Shown: one piece after another, positions 1 through 9,457 of the stretch | How positions within the stretch are numbered: the first letter of the stretch is position 1 | Layout: each line of letters starts with the position of its first letter | Source: Nodosilinea sp. | Lineage (GTDB): Bacteria > Cyanobacteriota > Cyanobacteriia > Phormidesmidales > Phormidesmidaceae | Assembly: GCA_049317845.1 (NCBI GenBank) | Contig: JBMOHM010000001.1 | Location: 79,860 to 143,859, forward strand | Direction: 5' to 3' | Length of the DNA stretch: 64,000 nt | Position numbers and translations under genes: made by a program | The notes under the pieces: generated by a model | What the model was told of the DNA's origin: nothing | Seen by the model: the letters and a program-made list of their open reading frames with translations, nothing else | Database searches by the model: none

Positions 1-126
1 GGATTGAATCGTCTCCGCCACCTCTGGGAAAATGTAGTTCTCAAGCTGATGCATCAAGGCCGCCAGCACCGCCTCAAGGTCACCGGTCTGGAGAGAAAAA
101 TCGGTTGGGGAAGGAGAAACGGCCAT
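1..126 (-). CDS. N-terminal part of an unidentified protein, runs off window edge
   Basis: Manual translation from ATG at 126: MAVSPSPTDFSLQTGDLEAVLAALMHQLENYIFPEVAETIQS, open to base 1 and 19 bp downstream of ureA stop; does not resemble UreB. Confidence 0.5.
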   Translation of the reverse strand, partial: MAVSPSPTDFSLQTGDLEAVLAALMHQLENYIFPEVAETIQS

Positions 127-145
127 GGGCAACCGGGGCTTAACG

Positions 146-448
146 TTAGCGAATGGGGTCGTGTACCGTTACCAGTTTAGTACCATCAGGGAAGGTAGCC
201 TCCACCTGAACTTCATGGATCATCTCCGCCACGCCCTCCATGACCTCCTCTCGCCCCAAAAGAGTGGTGCCGTAGCTCATTAGATCGGCCACGGTGCGAC
301 CATCTCGCGCCCCTTCCAAAATGGCGGCAGAAATATAGGCTACCGCCTCCGGATGGTTAAGCTTAAGGCCCCGCTGCTTACGGCGTTCTGCCACCAGAGC
401 GGCGGTAAAAATCAACAGCTTATCTTTTTCCTGGGGAGTCAGTTGCAT
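146..448 (-). CDS. ureA: urease subunit gamma
   Basis: 100 aa, [14 protein letters not shown]...LKLNHPEA...[18 protein letters not shown] is the UreA signature. Confidence 0.97.
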   Translation of the reverse strand: MQLTPQEKDKLLIFTAALVAERRKQRGLKLNHPEAVAYISAAILEGARDGRTVADLMSYGTTLLGREEVMEGVAEMIHEVQVEATFPDGTKLVTVHDPIR

Positions 449-688
449 GGAGAGATGGGGAAAACAGGATGCATGGCTTTGGCCAGAAGGCTCAAAACAG
501 AGTTGATAGTCAACTCGATAGCTGGTAACCGAACAGAGACTCCGGGTTTAGGAGATAGCCAGGAGCTAGAGCTGGGTAGGCTTCCTGGCTCGCTTTTGCC
601 CGGTTGCTACGGTTTTACCTGCCGGTGGTGATTGACCACTGATCCTAAAGACCAGTTGCTATAAGCTTTCAAGGTTTTGGTCGGATTG

Positions 689-1732
689 TCAACTCTGTTT
701 TTCGACTTGCTTTTCTACCCGCCAGCCGGTTTGGGTTCCCAACTTACCCGCCTTTACAAAGACCCAGCAGCCCCGATAGAAACGGTCTTCTCCCCTGGAA
801 CAGGAAGGTTTTACCCCAATCAGGTGTTGTACCTCTTCGCTCGTCAAAATCCATCCGCCAGTGCAGGCTTGTTCCAGTACCTCCATATACCACAGAGGGT
901 TGGGATTAGCCTGGGTTTTAGCCTGTAGGGTTTGGTTCAACTGGGTAAGAGCGGCGGCAATGGTTTCCAGTTGGTGAACTAAGGGATCCGGGGATGGGCC
1001 AGCAACTGGCCCTGGCTTGGGGGCAGTAGGCGTCGGAGTCGGGGGTGCTGGAGAAAATATCGCCGACCCAGTCATCTCTGGCGCCTCAGCCCAGAAATCT
1101 TCAGAGACATCCGCTACCGCCGTTGGACTGGGGGGCACCTGCGCCGCCGTCGGCATGGGAAGATCAGGTTCAGAGACGGCTACTAGTGTCGGAGGTGCTT
1201 CGGGCTCCGGCTCAGCCGCAGGCTGAGCCAGGGGTTGAAAGTTCTCTTGTTGGAGCCATAGGCGACTGAGCTCCCGAGCCCATTGCAGTAGGTACTGGGC
1301 CGCCTCACTATCGCCATTGGCCGCCAACTGATCTCCGACCTGCTGCATAGCCCTAACCAGCCCTGGTCCTAACAGATCGGGATGGGCAGCCAGGACCTGG
1401 CCCTCTTCTCCCTCTGGACAGGCCAGCAACTCTTTGATTATCTTGAGGTAGGCTTCGGAGCGATCGTCCTGGGGCAGCGGCGGTACGGTTTGGGCTAGAA
1501 ATAAATGGTGAATCTGTCCGGCCAGATTGTGCAAAAATTTGGATTCCTTGTTACTGCCCTGGTGGGCCAACTGGGTAGCCACTTGTTCCATTACCTGCAC
1601 CAGGTCGGGAGTAACCAGGCCTTCGTTCTGGCGCAGCAAAATCCACTCTTCTCCGTTAGGGCAAGCCAGCAGTTGTTGAATCAGGTTGAGGTAAGCCCGT
1701 AGGGGTTGTTGGTGCATAAACCCAATCTCCAT
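689..1732 (-). CDS. hypothetical protein: two tandem ~65-aa helical repeats, Pro-rich linker, C-terminal domain
   Basis: 347-aa ORF; AYLNLIQQLLACPNGEE and AYLKIIKELLACPEGEE repeats visible in translation. Confidence 0.8.
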   Translation of the reverse strand: MEIGFMHQQPLRAYLNLIQQLLACPNGEEWILLRQNEGLVTPDLVQVMEQVATQLAHQGSNKESKFLHNLAGQIHHLFLAQTVPPLPQDDRSEAYLKIIKELLACPEGEEGQVLAAHPDLLGPGLVRAMQQVGDQLAANGDSEAAQYLLQWARELSRLWLQQENFQPLAQPAAEPEPEAPPTLVAVSEPDLPMPTAAQVPPSPTAVADVSEDFWAEAPEMTGSAIFSPAPPTPTPTAPKPGPVAGPSPDPLVHQLETIAAALTQLNQTLQAKTQANPNPLWYMEVLEQACTGGWILTSEEVQHLIGVKPSCSRGEDRFYRGCWVFVKAGKLGTQTGWRVEKQVEKQS

Positions 1733-1888
1733 GCCCGCAATGACTACCTTTATGGTCGCGCTAAACTGGCCGCCCCGACCTGAAAAGTAATGAAGTGTAT
1801 TAACGTGGGATCGGCAGTCTGCGCTGCTATTTCCAGTGAAACTGAGGGCAATCCTGCCATCACACCAGAACCGAACCAGGCCTTACGA

Positions 1889-2758
1889 ATGCAGCCAATG
1901 TCAGCCGATTTCATTCTTTTCGCCCAGCATGGCTGGGCCGATAATCATCTGAACATGCTGGCTCTGGCCCAAAAGCTGGCCACGGAGACGACGATAGTGA
2001 TCGCCCCCCGCCTCAACTACGCCCTAACCTGGTTACGGCTCGCTCCCCTGGTGGAAACCGTAGATCGCTTAGCCACTCGGGCTATAGAGGACAATCCCGA
2101 GGTACCCCTGCGAATTATGGGTCATTCCATGGGGGGATTAATCTGGCTCGAGGTGCTGAGTCGTCATCCCGACTGGTGGCCCAGGGTTCATTCCCTGGTA
2201 TTGCTGGCTGTTCCGGTGGGGGGCGCTCACCTAGCCCGTCTGATCGATCCTCTAGGCCTGGGGGTTGGCATCGCCGCCGACCTGGGTCAGAACCGCCGCC
2301 CCACCGCCATTCCCATTGTGGCGACAATTAAGACTCTGGTCCTGGCGGGGGATATTGACGGCGGTAGCGATGGCACGATTACCATCGAGAGTACTAAAAT
2401 TCCCCGAGCTCAGTTCGCAGTACTAGAGGGGCTCAGCCATCCAGTCCTGCGCTACCATCCCCGGGTGATAGAAATGATTCGGGGGTTTTGGGCGGGTGAC
2501 CATCTGGGATTTGCCCCTACCCATCCCCTCATTGAGTACCTGCGCCAGGTACCAGGGATGACCGATGCCCATTACCGGGGATTTAAGCACTCGGTGGTTT
2601 ACCGCACCGACCAGGACGGGGTGAGTCTGCGCCGCTGGCGTCATCCCTTGGGGTTGGATCACGTTTTTGTTGCCTCCCCCCACGGGAATTGCCTCTATGG
2701 GGGCTACGTGGGCTGGCTGCATCGGAGGCTCTTAGCTAGGGCCTTAGCGGCACTGTAA
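1889..2758 (+). CDS. alpha/beta-hydrolase (lipase/esterase-like)
   Basis: QHGWAD oxyanion motif and GHSMGG nucleophile elbow; start moved from 1790 to ATG 1889 (1898 also possible). Confidence 0.85.
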   Translation: MQPMSADFILFAQHGWADNHLNMLALAQKLATETTIVIAPRLNYALTWLRLAPLVETVDRLATRAIEDNPEVPLRIMGHSMGGLIWLEVLSRHPDWWPRVHSLVLLAVPVGGAHLARLIDPLGLGVGIAADLGQNRRPTAIPIVATIKTLVLAGDIDGGSDGTITIESTKIPRAQFAVLEGLSHPVLRYHPRVIEMIRGFWAGDHLGFAPTHPLIEYLRQVPGMTDAHYRGFKHSVVYRTDQDGVSLRRWRHPLGLDHVFVASPHGNCLYGGYVGWLHRRLLARALAAL

Positions 2759-2969
2759 AAGTAGGCTAGCGCAGGTGAAAGTCTGAAGAGCAAGTGACTC
2801 GGCCCACCCTGATTAAGGCTATATCCAGACCGAACAACACTGATTCTAAACATTAGACAATGGGGAACTGAACTACCGGGGTGTTCGCTATGGCGGCTAG
2901 TCATGGCTAATTTAACCTTGGCCAGAACGCCTAGGGCAGGGTTGAGCGGTCAACGCTATTATCAGAGGT

Positions 2970-3014
2970 CGTTCTGGCTCGCCTTCGTCTCCCTGCAGGT
3001 GGCTACGGCTATAG
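2970..3014 (-). repeat. dispersed repeat family A (~45-50 bp), copy
   Basis: RC CTATAGCCGTAGCCACCTGCAGGGAGACGAAGGCGAGCCAGAACG; matches copies at 11243, 28936, 62481. Confidence 0.8.
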
Positions 3015-3172
3015 ATCCCAAAGTGTTGTTCAGCTATAGCCGTAGCCAGTCCGGTTAGGGCCAGACGGCAATGGCTATGGGCTCAGCCCCAGAGTCTGAC
3101 TCGGTGTCTTGAGCTAAACGGCTATAGCTTATTTTCGTTCTAGCCCAGGGTCTATAGTTGATCGCCTGCAGT

Positions 3173-4834
3173 CTAAGGCTGTAGCTCCCCAAGAATCTTA
3201 AATCGCATGTGGTTTACAGCTAAGTTACCCAAACGGGCATCGGGACTACCTTCTGGCCGAATCAATTTTTCAAAAGGTACGCCCTTGCCCATTTCCACAT
3301 GCCACCAAGGTAGGCCCATAAAGAACCGGGTGGGATAGGGGCCACCCTCCTGCACATCGTCTGGATTTGACTCCATCGGCAACCAGCCATAACCAGGTAC
3401 GTAGAACTCTATCCAGACATGGTTAAAATCGGGTTCTAGATAGATACCAGGGCGGTCAGGCTGGGCTGGACATTTGTAGCGACCTACGGTGCGGCAGGCA
3501 ATGCCATTCAAACGCATCAGGGCCAGCAGTAGACCCACGTACTCACCGCAGGAACCTCGGCCCCGATCCAGCACCACATCGGGGGCGGCAATGGTGGGGG
3601 TGACTGCGTAGCTGAGTTTGTCGTAGACATAATCTCGGATACTGAGCACCTGGCGCAGCAGGTTGGTTTCTGTGCCAATGCTTTCCCGGGCCGCTGCCTG
3701 AATCGCGGGGCTATCCATGGCCAGGTCGTCGTCGTCGATCAGATAGCGGGGACCAAACTCCACCGGCAGGGGCGGGGCGGCCTCTACCTGACGCGGGGTG
3801 AGTTGGTACTTAATCCCGTAGACCTCCACCAGGGCTCGCCAGCCAAACAGGTGGCGCTCTTGGGGAGTGAGGGTAGGAAAGTAAAAGCTGGCTAGCCGTT
3901 CACCATTCTGACTGATTTCTTCAAAGGGTAAGCCCACCGGCTCAACGCTTTTGACTACCTGGCGATCGCTACTGGTGGGGAAGGCGATCCGCCACTCCAC
4001 GTTTTCCAGAGCTGCCGTATCCTCCAGGGTATCGGTTTCCTCCACATAGGTCATCTCCAACAGAAAGCCGGTGGTAAGGCAGTAGCTTTGATCGGAGCGC
4101 CAGCGAAAGCGGAGGGGATGGATAAGGCTGCGATCGCGAAAGGTTAGTTCAAAGGGAGTCGGACCATTGGGATCCTCCCGCACATAGGGCTCCTCGTTAG
4201 TATAGGCCACCCAGAGTACCCCCTGGTCGGGGGTGGTGTGGGGGGGGACCGCCAACCCCGTAGGGGTTGGGAAGGGAGTGAGCATTTTAACAATTAGGGC
4301 TCCAGTCGCCCGATCCAGACAATAAATGGTTTGCTCCATCTGGTCACAAACCCACAGATAATCGCCCCAAACAGCGATGTTTTCAATGCCAATTCCGGGA
4401 GCGGGAAATTGGGTAATGCGCTGTCCGGAGTCGCGATCGTAGACAAAAATGTAGCCAGCTTTTTTACAGCTGACGTAAAGGGTATTTTCCCACACCGCTA
4501 CCCCATCGGCGGTGTAAGGTAGGGTTAGCACTAGGGTCGGTGCCATGTCCTCCAGGGAAGTGACCAGCACCCGCTGGTCACAGGTGATCCACAATCGATC
4601 CTGCCAGCAGGCTAACCCCGTCGCCAGTTGAAATTCATGGGCGTGCCGGGGATTAAGAATCAAAGCATTACTGGTGGCCGGGTCAATCTGAAGTAGGTAG
4701 CCCCGAAAGGGATCTACCGCCAAAATCTGGTCGCCCTGCAAAGCCAAACCATAGAGGGCCTTTACCCCAATTGGTTGGATGGTGGTAACGGTCCCTGGTA
4801 GGGTACCGGAGGAGGGCAGGGAGAGGTCAAGCAT
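3173..4834 (-). CDS. transglutaminase-like domain protein with N-terminal beta-propeller-like region
   Basis: GSCGEY (Cys), FNHVWIEFY (His), GWLPMESNPD in C-terminal part; repeated GLA/GVA/GIE beta-strand units N-terminally; ATG 4834 preferred to TTG 4849. Confidence 0.85.
   Translation of the reverse strand: MLDLSLPSSGTLPGTVTTIQPIGVKALYGLALQGDQILAVDPFRGYLLQIDPATSNALILNPRHAHEFQLATGLACWQDRLWITCDQRVLVTSLEDMAPTLVLTLPYTADGVAVWENTLYVSCKKAGYIFVYDRDSGQRITQFPAPGIGIENIAVWGDYLWVCDQMEQTIYCLDRATGALIVKMLTPFPTPTGLAVPPHTTPDQGVLWVAYTNEEPYVREDPNGPTPFELTFRDRSLIHPLRFRWRSDQSYCLTTGFLLEMTYVEETDTLEDTAALENVEWRIAFPTSSDRQVVKSVEPVGLPFEEISQNGERLASFYFPTLTPQERHLFGWRALVEVYGIKYQLTPRQVEAAPPLPVEFGPRYLIDDDDLAMDSPAIQAAARESIGTETNLLRQVLSIRDYVYDKLSYAVTPTIAAPDVVLDRGRGSCGEYVGLLLALMRLNGIACRTVGRYKCPAQPDRPGIYLEPDFNHVWIEFYVPGYGWLPMESNPDDVQEGGPYPTRFFMGLPWWHVEMGKGVPFEKLIRPEGSPDARLGNLAVNHMRFKILGELQP
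3962..3969. repeat. HIP1 octamer GCGATCGC (one example of many across the window)
   Basis: Palindrome also at 4130, 4840, 9233, 51071 and many other positions; hallmark of cyanobacterial genomes. Confidence 0.95.
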
Positions 4835-4975
4835 GGACTGCGATCGCAACTAGACTAGAGAGCACTGCTCCTATCCTAGGGGAAGGAGGCGCAGAAAACT
4901 GTAGCTTGCCTATCCCGGCCAGGGTAGAGAGATACCTATTTTCCAACTTTGGCAGTTTACTACTCGCCCGTAGTT

Positions 4976-5006
4976 TATAGTTTTGGCCAGAACGCTTAAG
5001 CTATAG
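4976..5006 (+). repeat. dispersed repeat family B (core AGCTTTGGCCAGAACGCTTA), hairpin copy
   Basis: TATAGTTTTGGCCAGAACGCTTAAGCTATAG; other copies at 475, 2918, 23498, 29015(-), 31623, 38440, 51930(-). Confidence 0.8.
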
Positions 5007-5165
5007 CGAATTGGTAAAAGCTAAGACTGAGTGAGCGTCCTGGCTGGCGTCCGCCACCTGCAAAGGCAGCGGCTATATATCAAGATTCAGAAGCGTCAAT
5101 TTGAGCTCCAGAAACTCAGGAAAGCTCTTGATCTTCCAGGATGCACAACCCTAAACCTCTGCAGA

Positions 5166-6152
5166 TTACTTGCCAAGGACAGCAGCCAACCGAGGGTGAC
5201 TACGGACAAAGCGCTGCCATTTCCGCCTGAATCTCTTCCATTGGTTATCTCGAGTACCCGCCCAGGCGGTTTTATCAAGATACTTTTCAAAGATATGCAT
5301 AGCAGGATGGTCGCAGGTTAGGTGCCATGGCTTAGACCCGCCGTAGTGAATAACGTAGGGATTATTGACCACCTGATCCAAGGTCTCGGAATCCTTGAAG
5401 GGGGTATGTTCAAAACTAGAAAACAGATAAAACTGCGGCAGTTGATTCCACTGGGAGCTAATTTTTTTCCATTTTCCCACCAAAGTAGCATTCAAAATAT
5501 CCTGGTCATGCTCCTTAATGGTGTGCTTATTCTTTGCAAAAAAGTCAAAGAACTGAGTGGCTATGTCAGCCTCCCTCCATTTGTCAAGGTTGGCAACTAG
5601 GAGACCTGCGTTAAAATACTCTGCATCTGGATCTAGTCCCAATTCCCTATAGTTACTTAAACCTTCCGCAGTAGAAAGGTGATTGCCGTTGACCGCCGCC
5701 AGCACAAAGCTATCTTCAACGTCCATATCCCAAAGTTCTTGCAGGTCACCCAAAACAATCATATCGGCATCTAAGTAGATAGCCTTGGAAATCTGCTGGG
5801 GCAAAATCTCGGCCATCAGCAGGCGATAATAGTAAGCAAGAACAATATTTTGAGGTATGATTTTAAGCTTTTCCAGATCTGGTCGAAGCCAGGTAATGTC
5901 GATACGGTCAGATTTTAAGGTAGCTTCAGCTTTCCTCTTGCTGGATGGTTTAATACCACCGTCGACAACATACAAAGATATTCTTGAAGTAGGTGACTTC
6001 AAGTTTTTGAAGGCCGAATGAACAGTTACCGTCATTGGCATAACGTAGTTGTCATCTACCGTGGTAACAACAACTATGGATTCAGCCATAGGATTTAAAT
6101 ATCTTGGTAAATTTAGCTTATCAGAATCAGGGCGAGATTGAACAGAAAGCAT
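5166..6152 (-). CDS. glycosyltransferase family 8
   Basis: YYRLL, YLDADM (DxD), YFNAG, HDQDILN, IHYGGSKPW motifs; alternative start ATG 6089. Confidence 0.92.
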   Translation of the reverse strand: MLSVQSRPDSDKLNLPRYLNPMAESIVVVTTVDDNYVMPMTVTVHSAFKNLKSPTSRISLYVVDGGIKPSSKRKAEATLKSDRIDITWLRPDLEKLKIIPQNIVLAYYYRLLMAEILPQQISKAIYLDADMIVLGDLQELWDMDVEDSFVLAAVNGNHLSTAEGLSNYRELGLDPDAEYFNAGLLVANLDKWREADIATQFFDFFAKNKHTIKEHDQDILNATLVGKWKKISSQWNQLPQFYLFSSFEHTPFKDSETLDQVVNNPYVIHYGGSKPWHLTCDHPAMHIFEKYLDKTAWAGTRDNQWKRFRRKWQRFVRSHPRLAAVLGK

Positions 6153-6799
6153 AAAATTGATTTAAAATTAAAATACGGTCAATAAAAGCAAACACGGGAC
6201 AAACACTTCGGTTAGCCTTTCCTGTATTTTAGGAAGCTACGGCTAAAGATAAAAATTCTTCAGATCCATTAGAACTGCAATTAAGCTAGGCATAGAACAA
6301 ATTCAGTCTTTCTCCCTTGTCCCAATAGTCCTTAACCTACGCCCCAATATTGAAATCAAAAAAGTTAAAGGTAAACCTACTACGATTAAAATTACTATAT
6401 AAAAGAGCGCAAATCTAATAACAGCCTGAGATTCATCAATATGACTTAGACAGAAAACTCAGAATTAATAAATTGATGGATTCAGCTAAAATCCTAGTAG
6501 GTTTTTGAGGTTAAAATCAGCATTACTGCTGTGGATAAAAATATGACGAGACTTAGTTCTTAGCGAACAATGAAGTCTTCTACAGTTTTATCGTCAAAAT
6601 TACTATAGGTGCTTCTCAGTATAAATCCGTAGAAAAGCTGTAACTTTATGGGATTTTAATAGTTTTATAAATTTTCTACGATTTCGGTTTCTATCTATGC
6701 GATTTCTGAGCACATGAGATTAACGTGCATTTATCAGGGTTATAGGTAGTTCAGCTGTGTATTCCCACTTGATGTCAGCAGCAGCCTCTGTAACCATAC

Positions 6800-7327
6800 C
6801 TAATTGTCATTGCGACGCAGGTTACCCGATTTAATCCAGCCTTCTTTGCCACTGGCGACGGATCGAACCTTAACCCAGCCCTGATTGGCTGGTTCTTCTA
6901 AAACTACTACAGCTTCTTTGTAGTCCAATCCACCCACTTGGGGGAGATCGGTACCCGGACCTTGTCGCAGTACTAAGCCAATGGGCTGAATCACAACTGC
7001 CGGGTAACTGGTGGGGGCAGGTGGGGGTTTAGCTGCAGGAACCACAGCCGCAGGCGGTTGGGCTGGCGAGACGGCAACCGAGGGAGGAGCAGCCGTCGGC
7101 GTCTGCGCTTTTACCTCTGATGGCTCATTAGTGTAGTGGGGTTTGGGCGGTAACACCGCCAATCGCCCCATAAAGTAGCGCGCAGTAGCAATACTGGCTA
7201 TAGACAGCAGAATTATAGCGAAAGCTAGGCCCAATATCAGTTTTGAGAGGGCAAGGAAAAATCTACTCATAGTCTGCCAGTTGGGTCTCCAGAGCCTGTC
7301 CTGTAATGGTATAGCAGCTACCTTCAA
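6800..7327 (-). CDS. membrane-anchored bacterial SH3 (SH3b) domain protein
   Basis: N-terminal hydrophobic helix, Pro/Ala linker, LVLRQGPG...GWVKVR...GKEGWIKSGNL; alternative start ATG 7270. Confidence 0.85.
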   Translation of the reverse strand: MKVAAIPLQDRLWRPNWQTMSRFFLALSKLILGLAFAIILLSIASIATARYFMGRLAVLPPKPHYTNEPSEVKAQTPTAAPPSVAVSPAQPPAAVVPAAKPPPAPTSYPAVVIQPIGLVLRQGPGTDLPQVGGLDYKEAVVVLEEPANQGWVKVRSVASGKEGWIKSGNLRRNDN

Positions 7328-8847
7328 TCCGTATCTTCAAGGGTGGAGGAAAATCCAGGTGCAAGGGAATCGCGCCGGGAAGCCAGCCGCGCTTTTCCCG
7401 CTGCCGCCCAAGCCTGGAGCGCCTCAATTTGCTCACGGGCGGTACGGGCCAGTGGCACCATTTGACTGGCGGCAGTAAGGATGTCATCGGTGGTAAAGTC
7501 CCGTCCCTGGCTGAATCCTAGATGCATCGCTTCGACGATCGCCTGTTCGATCTCAGCCCCGGAAAAATCTGGCGTTTCATAGGCCAGTCGTTTTATATCG
7601 TAGTTTTTCAGGCTGTGGGGTCGTAGTCGCACCAGGTGGACTTCAAAGATAGCCTGACGCTCTGCCTGACTCGGTAACCCAACGAAGAAAATTTCGTCAA
7701 AGCGACCGCGACGTAGTAGTTCGGGCGGCAGCACCTGGATATTGTTGGCGGTGGCCACCACAAATACCGGTGAGGTTTTCTCCGCCATCCAGGTGATAAA
7801 GGTACCAAATACCCGACTGGTAGTACCAGCATCCCCCCGACTATCGATACCGCCAAAGGCCTTATCGATCTCGTCAATCCACAGAATACAGGGAGCCAAT
7901 GCCTCTGCCAGTTGAATCATCTGTCGGGTGCGAGATTCGGACTCTCCCACCAGCCCGGCAAAGAGGCGGCCTACATCCAGCCGCAGGAGGGGGAGGTGCC
8001 AGTGGTGGGCGATCGCCTTTGCCGTTAAAGATTTACCGGTGCCCTGAATACCAATCAGTAACAGCCCCCGGGGATAGGGCAGGCCGTACTGGCGAGCCTG
8101 ATCAGAAAAGGCGGTCCCCCGTTTTAATAACCAATCCTTCAGATTATCCAGTCCACCAATATCGGAAATCTGTTCTCTGGCTGGATAATAATCAAGGATT
8201 TGAGTCTGACGAATAGTTTGACGTTTCTCTTCCAACACCAGATCTAAGGCTCGATCATCCAAACCCCCATAGCTAGCCACAACCCGGCCCAACACTCGGC
8301 GAATCCGCTCAAGGGACAGCCCTTGGCAAGACCGCACCAGGTCATCCAGAAGTAGGGGGGGCAGCAGAATATTGGTGGAACTGAGTAGGTGCCCAATTTC
8401 CTGGCGAATGGCCCTGGGATCGGGCAGGGTAAATTCCAGCACAGTGATAGTTTCCGCCAACTCCTCGGGAATTTTCAACTGGGCCGATAGAATTACCAGG
8501 GTTTTAGGTTGGGACTTCAGCAGACGACTCAAATTACGCAGTTTTCGGGAAACAGAAATATCCTCTAGAAAACGTTCAAAGTCCCGCAGAATAAATACAC
8601 CAGCGGCGGTTTTCGGCAACTTTTCTAATAGTTCTAGCGCCTGGAGGGGATTACGTCGACCAAAGCCAGCATCATTGAGATTGCCCTGGTAACCATCCAC
8701 AAAGTCCCAGGTATAAACAGGCCATTCTCCCTGGGCCTTGGCGCCGGCCCGGATCTCTGCTTCGGCCCGTTCTTCCTCGGGGGTGGCAATGTAAATAACC
8801 GGGTAGCGAGCCCTGAACAGAAGTCCTAATTCTTCAATAAAACCCAT
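7324..8847 (-). CDS. ycf46: Ycf46-family AAA+ ATPase
   Basis: Walker A GIQGTGKS, Walker B LWIDEIDK, RRGRFDE; N-terminus typical of Ycf46. Confidence 0.9.
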   Translation of the reverse strand: MGFIEELGLLFRARYPVIYIATPEEERAEAEIRAGAKAQGEWPVYTWDFVDGYQGNLNDAGFGRRNPLQALELLEKLPKTAAGVFILRDFERFLEDISVSRKLRNLSRLLKSQPKTLVILSAQLKIPEELAETITVLEFTLPDPRAIRQEIGHLLSSTNILLPPLLLDDLVRSCQGLSLERIRRVLGRVVASYGGLDDRALDLVLEEKRQTIRQTQILDYYPAREQISDIGGLDNLKDWLLKRGTAFSDQARQYGLPYPRGLLLIGIQGTGKSLTAKAIAHHWHLPLLRLDVGRLFAGLVGESESRTRQMIQLAEALAPCILWIDEIDKAFGGIDSRGDAGTTSRVFGTFITWMAEKTSPVFVVATANNIQVLPPELLRRGRFDEIFFVGLPSQAERQAIFEVHLVRLRPHSLKNYDIKRLAYETPDFSGAEIEQAIVEAMHLGFSQGRDFTTDDILTAASQMVPLARTAREQIEALQAWAAAGKARLASRRDSLAPGFSSTLEDTD

Positions 8848-8911
8848 GGGTTAAATCTGGTAGCAAGGAGAAAAATCAGTGATGAAAGCCCTATCTAATG
8901 GTGGGCACTCT

Positions 8912-9457
8912 TTAGCTATCCCGGTTTTGTAGCCGCTGCTGTAGCTGGCTCAGAGCCGACCAGCGGCGGTCTACCGCTTCCCCATTTCCTGGGCTGGCTA
9001 GGGGGATACCGCTACATTCGGGACTACAGAGCTGACGCTGGGGTAGGGCCAGACAAATCTGTTCGTAGATCCAGGTGCTACAGTCAAAATGACCGTTGGG
9101 AGGGAGGCTTTCTACCAGATCTTCCAGATCTACCTCCTGCTCTAAGGGGATGGTAGCAGGGTCGGGGTCGGGTTGGAGCCAGATTAACTCCTGGGGTGTA
9201 ATAGCTACCCGGTAGTTATAATTCTGCAGACAGCGATCGCAGGTAAGGGTAAGAATAGTTTCTACCTTTCCTCTAACCTCCAGGTAGGTCTGACAATGAG
9301 CCAAAGTTAGGTGGCCCCGCACCGGAGTCAGGGTCTCTAGCCAGGGCAAATGATCATCAATATCGATAGACCATTGCTTATTGGAGCGTTGTAGCAGATG
9401 GGGAATGTAAACCGTTTCCATCGCCATAGTATAAAAATCGGAACTACTCCCAGCCAA
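8912..9457 (-). CDS. YceD/DUF177 family protein
   Basis: LTCDRCL and CSPECSG Cys motifs, C-terminal DRRWSALSQL; position in yidC cluster. Confidence 0.88.
   Translation of the reverse strand: MAGSSSDFYTMAMETVYIPHLLQRSNKQWSIDIDDHLPWLETLTPVRGHLTLAHCQTYLEVRGKVETILTLTCDRCLQNYNYRVAITPQELIWLQPDPDPATIPLEQEVDLEDLVESLPPNGHFDCSTWIYEQICLALPQRQLCSPECSGIPLASPGNGEAVDRRWSALSQLQQRLQNRDS

Noticed and set aside
2900-3172. Clustered repeats as a possible CRISPR array
   Set aside because: Units differ in sequence and orientation, there is no regular repeat-spacer period, and no cas genes
6530-6538. Perfect DnaA box (TGTGGATAA) in an AT-rich gap about 6 kb from rpmH, suggesting oriC
   Set aside because: Only one box seen, no cluster and no dnaA/dnaN nearby; another perfect box occurs inside a CDS (~46828), so single hits are expected
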